Of a DNA stretch of 64,000 nt, positions 62,650 to 64,000 are shown one piece after another (position 1 is the stretch's first letter; every line of letters starts with the position of its first letter). The stretch spans positions 16,182,001 through 16,246,000 of the forward strand of contig NC_135254.1 in the NCBI RefSeq assembly GCF_964204865.1. Reading direction: 5' to 3'. Source of the DNA: Styela clava (Eukaryota). Under the pieces are notes generated by a model. The model saw only the letters and a program-made list of their open reading frames with translations. It was not told where the DNA came from and did no database searches. Position numbers and translations under genes: made by a program.

Positions 62650-64000
62650 GTATGTGTTATTACCAATCATGTATCACAAGTACAACGCATGTCCATAAAT
62701 AGAGAAATTTGAATGCAAAAAACTTACGTCTAAAGAAGAAAAAACAGTTGAAAATAACATACGCTTTATCAATTTATTAATTTTAATGGGATGGCCAAAA
62801 TCAAATGATCCAGTATTCCAAATACATTCTAAATATATATTCAAATATAGAATAGCAATTAGCAATTATATTCTATTTTAGGTCGTTTTCAATTGAGCAT
62901 GTCTTTGTCAATGTATTTTTTTTCATACTACTCTTATTCACAGATTTTGCTCTGAACAAGGCCCTGAATAAGCAGCCAGTAATATACAAGAAGTTACTAT
63001 TTTTAGAAGCTCTGAAACCCTCACGGTTTCACATTCCTTCACTTCATAAAATGATATTTTTCAAATAAAACTATTATAAAGTATTCCTAAAACCAAGCAT
63101 TTTAATTGTCAAAACTAATCTATTTTGCTAATTCCTTTTGTTTCCGGCATCCCAGGTTTTAACTTTACACTCATGCGTAGCTCTCTACATCTATATGATT
63201 ATGCTTTAAAGCTTTATTAGACACTTCGTAGACAAATTCGGGCCCGGGCAAGTAATTATTCCCCTTGCTGGCCCATCCACATTTATGCTCAAATTTTCAA
63301 GCTAAAATACATTTTGCTTTTGAAAATGAAACATTCAATTCAATTGCGTTATATCTCATAGATAGAACGAATGCAGTTTCCGTTATATAATGAATTTGCA
63401 TATGAAATTGATTCTTTATTACTTAATTAAGATTGTTAATTGTTATTACAAAACGTTCTCTTTATTCGAAACGTTTGTGCATTTATATTATAGGTTTAAT
63501 TGATTTTGGCTGTTCTGCACAAAATAGAAATTAATTTGGGGGGAATGCCAATCATAAGCATTCAATATTTGCAATAAAAAATTGATTTTTTGATTTTATT
63601 AATTGCTTCGTTAGACATAGCTGATCACAGATGTTCAAAACTTTGGCTTCCTTCCTACTATTAGTATAAAAATTGAAAACTGATTTTCTTTTTTTAAGGA
63701 TCCCCCTATACAAGACTATGGATTTAGAGTTGATTTGAAAAATATTATATTTGATCCTGCTTGCCAGTTATTTTTGATTTCTACCTTGCGAATAACAATG
63801 CAATTTAATTATTACAGATACAATTCGTCTCTGAAAACTGCCAAAAATTAGAAGTGATTAAATCCGCTGTTGTCGCTTGATTTAATATGGTCTATTGAAG
63901 TAGCATATTTAACTTCCTCACTAGGATTAGTAAAATTACATTGAATGTTAAAAAGACATCCATATAAGATTATTATTTATCTTGAAATTATCCGTATCTA

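Noticed and set aside
63699-63851. Next PLOD exon after an AG at about 63698
   Set aside because: The translation (DPPIQDYG...) does not resemble the expected W..KYIH-type continuation and ends in a stop.
1-64000. CRISPR arrays, rRNA, prokaryotic operons or viral genes
   Set aside because: None were seen. The window is spliceosomal-intron eukaryotic DNA, and most short ORFs in the track are non-coding or exon fragments.

Overview
AT-rich, intron-containing animal genomic DNA. Gene content, compact GT-AG introns and the repeat families suggest a tunicate or similar invertebrate chordate; this is inference only. Eight protein-coding genes were assembled by hand from splice sites and reading frame: an NmrA-like protein (-), a type-I membrane C-type lectin (-), SAMHD1 with an intronless CDS and no SAM domain (-), NDUFAF6 (-), a WW + CUE-like x3 + Gly-Pro-repeat protein (-), a BTB-BACK-BACK protein fused to a Deltex C-terminal (DTC) domain (+, with a 1-nt frameshift in an A10 run), a MOGAT/DGAT2-family acyltransferase (-), and the 5' part of a PLOD lysyl hydroxylase/glycosyltransferase (+, truncated by the window end). 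Intergenic and intronic DNA carries many non-autonomous hAT and Tc1/pogo MITEs, a tRNA-derived SINE and retroelement tails. The most interesting item is the RING-less BTB-BACK-DTC chimera, a candidate Cullin-3 adaptor that uses a DTC domain instead of Kelch repeats. Splice acceptors just upstream of most start codons (possible SL trans-splicing or an operon) and clusters of a TACCGGTAC motif at gene 5' ends are also notable. Homologue comparisons are from memory and were not searched.
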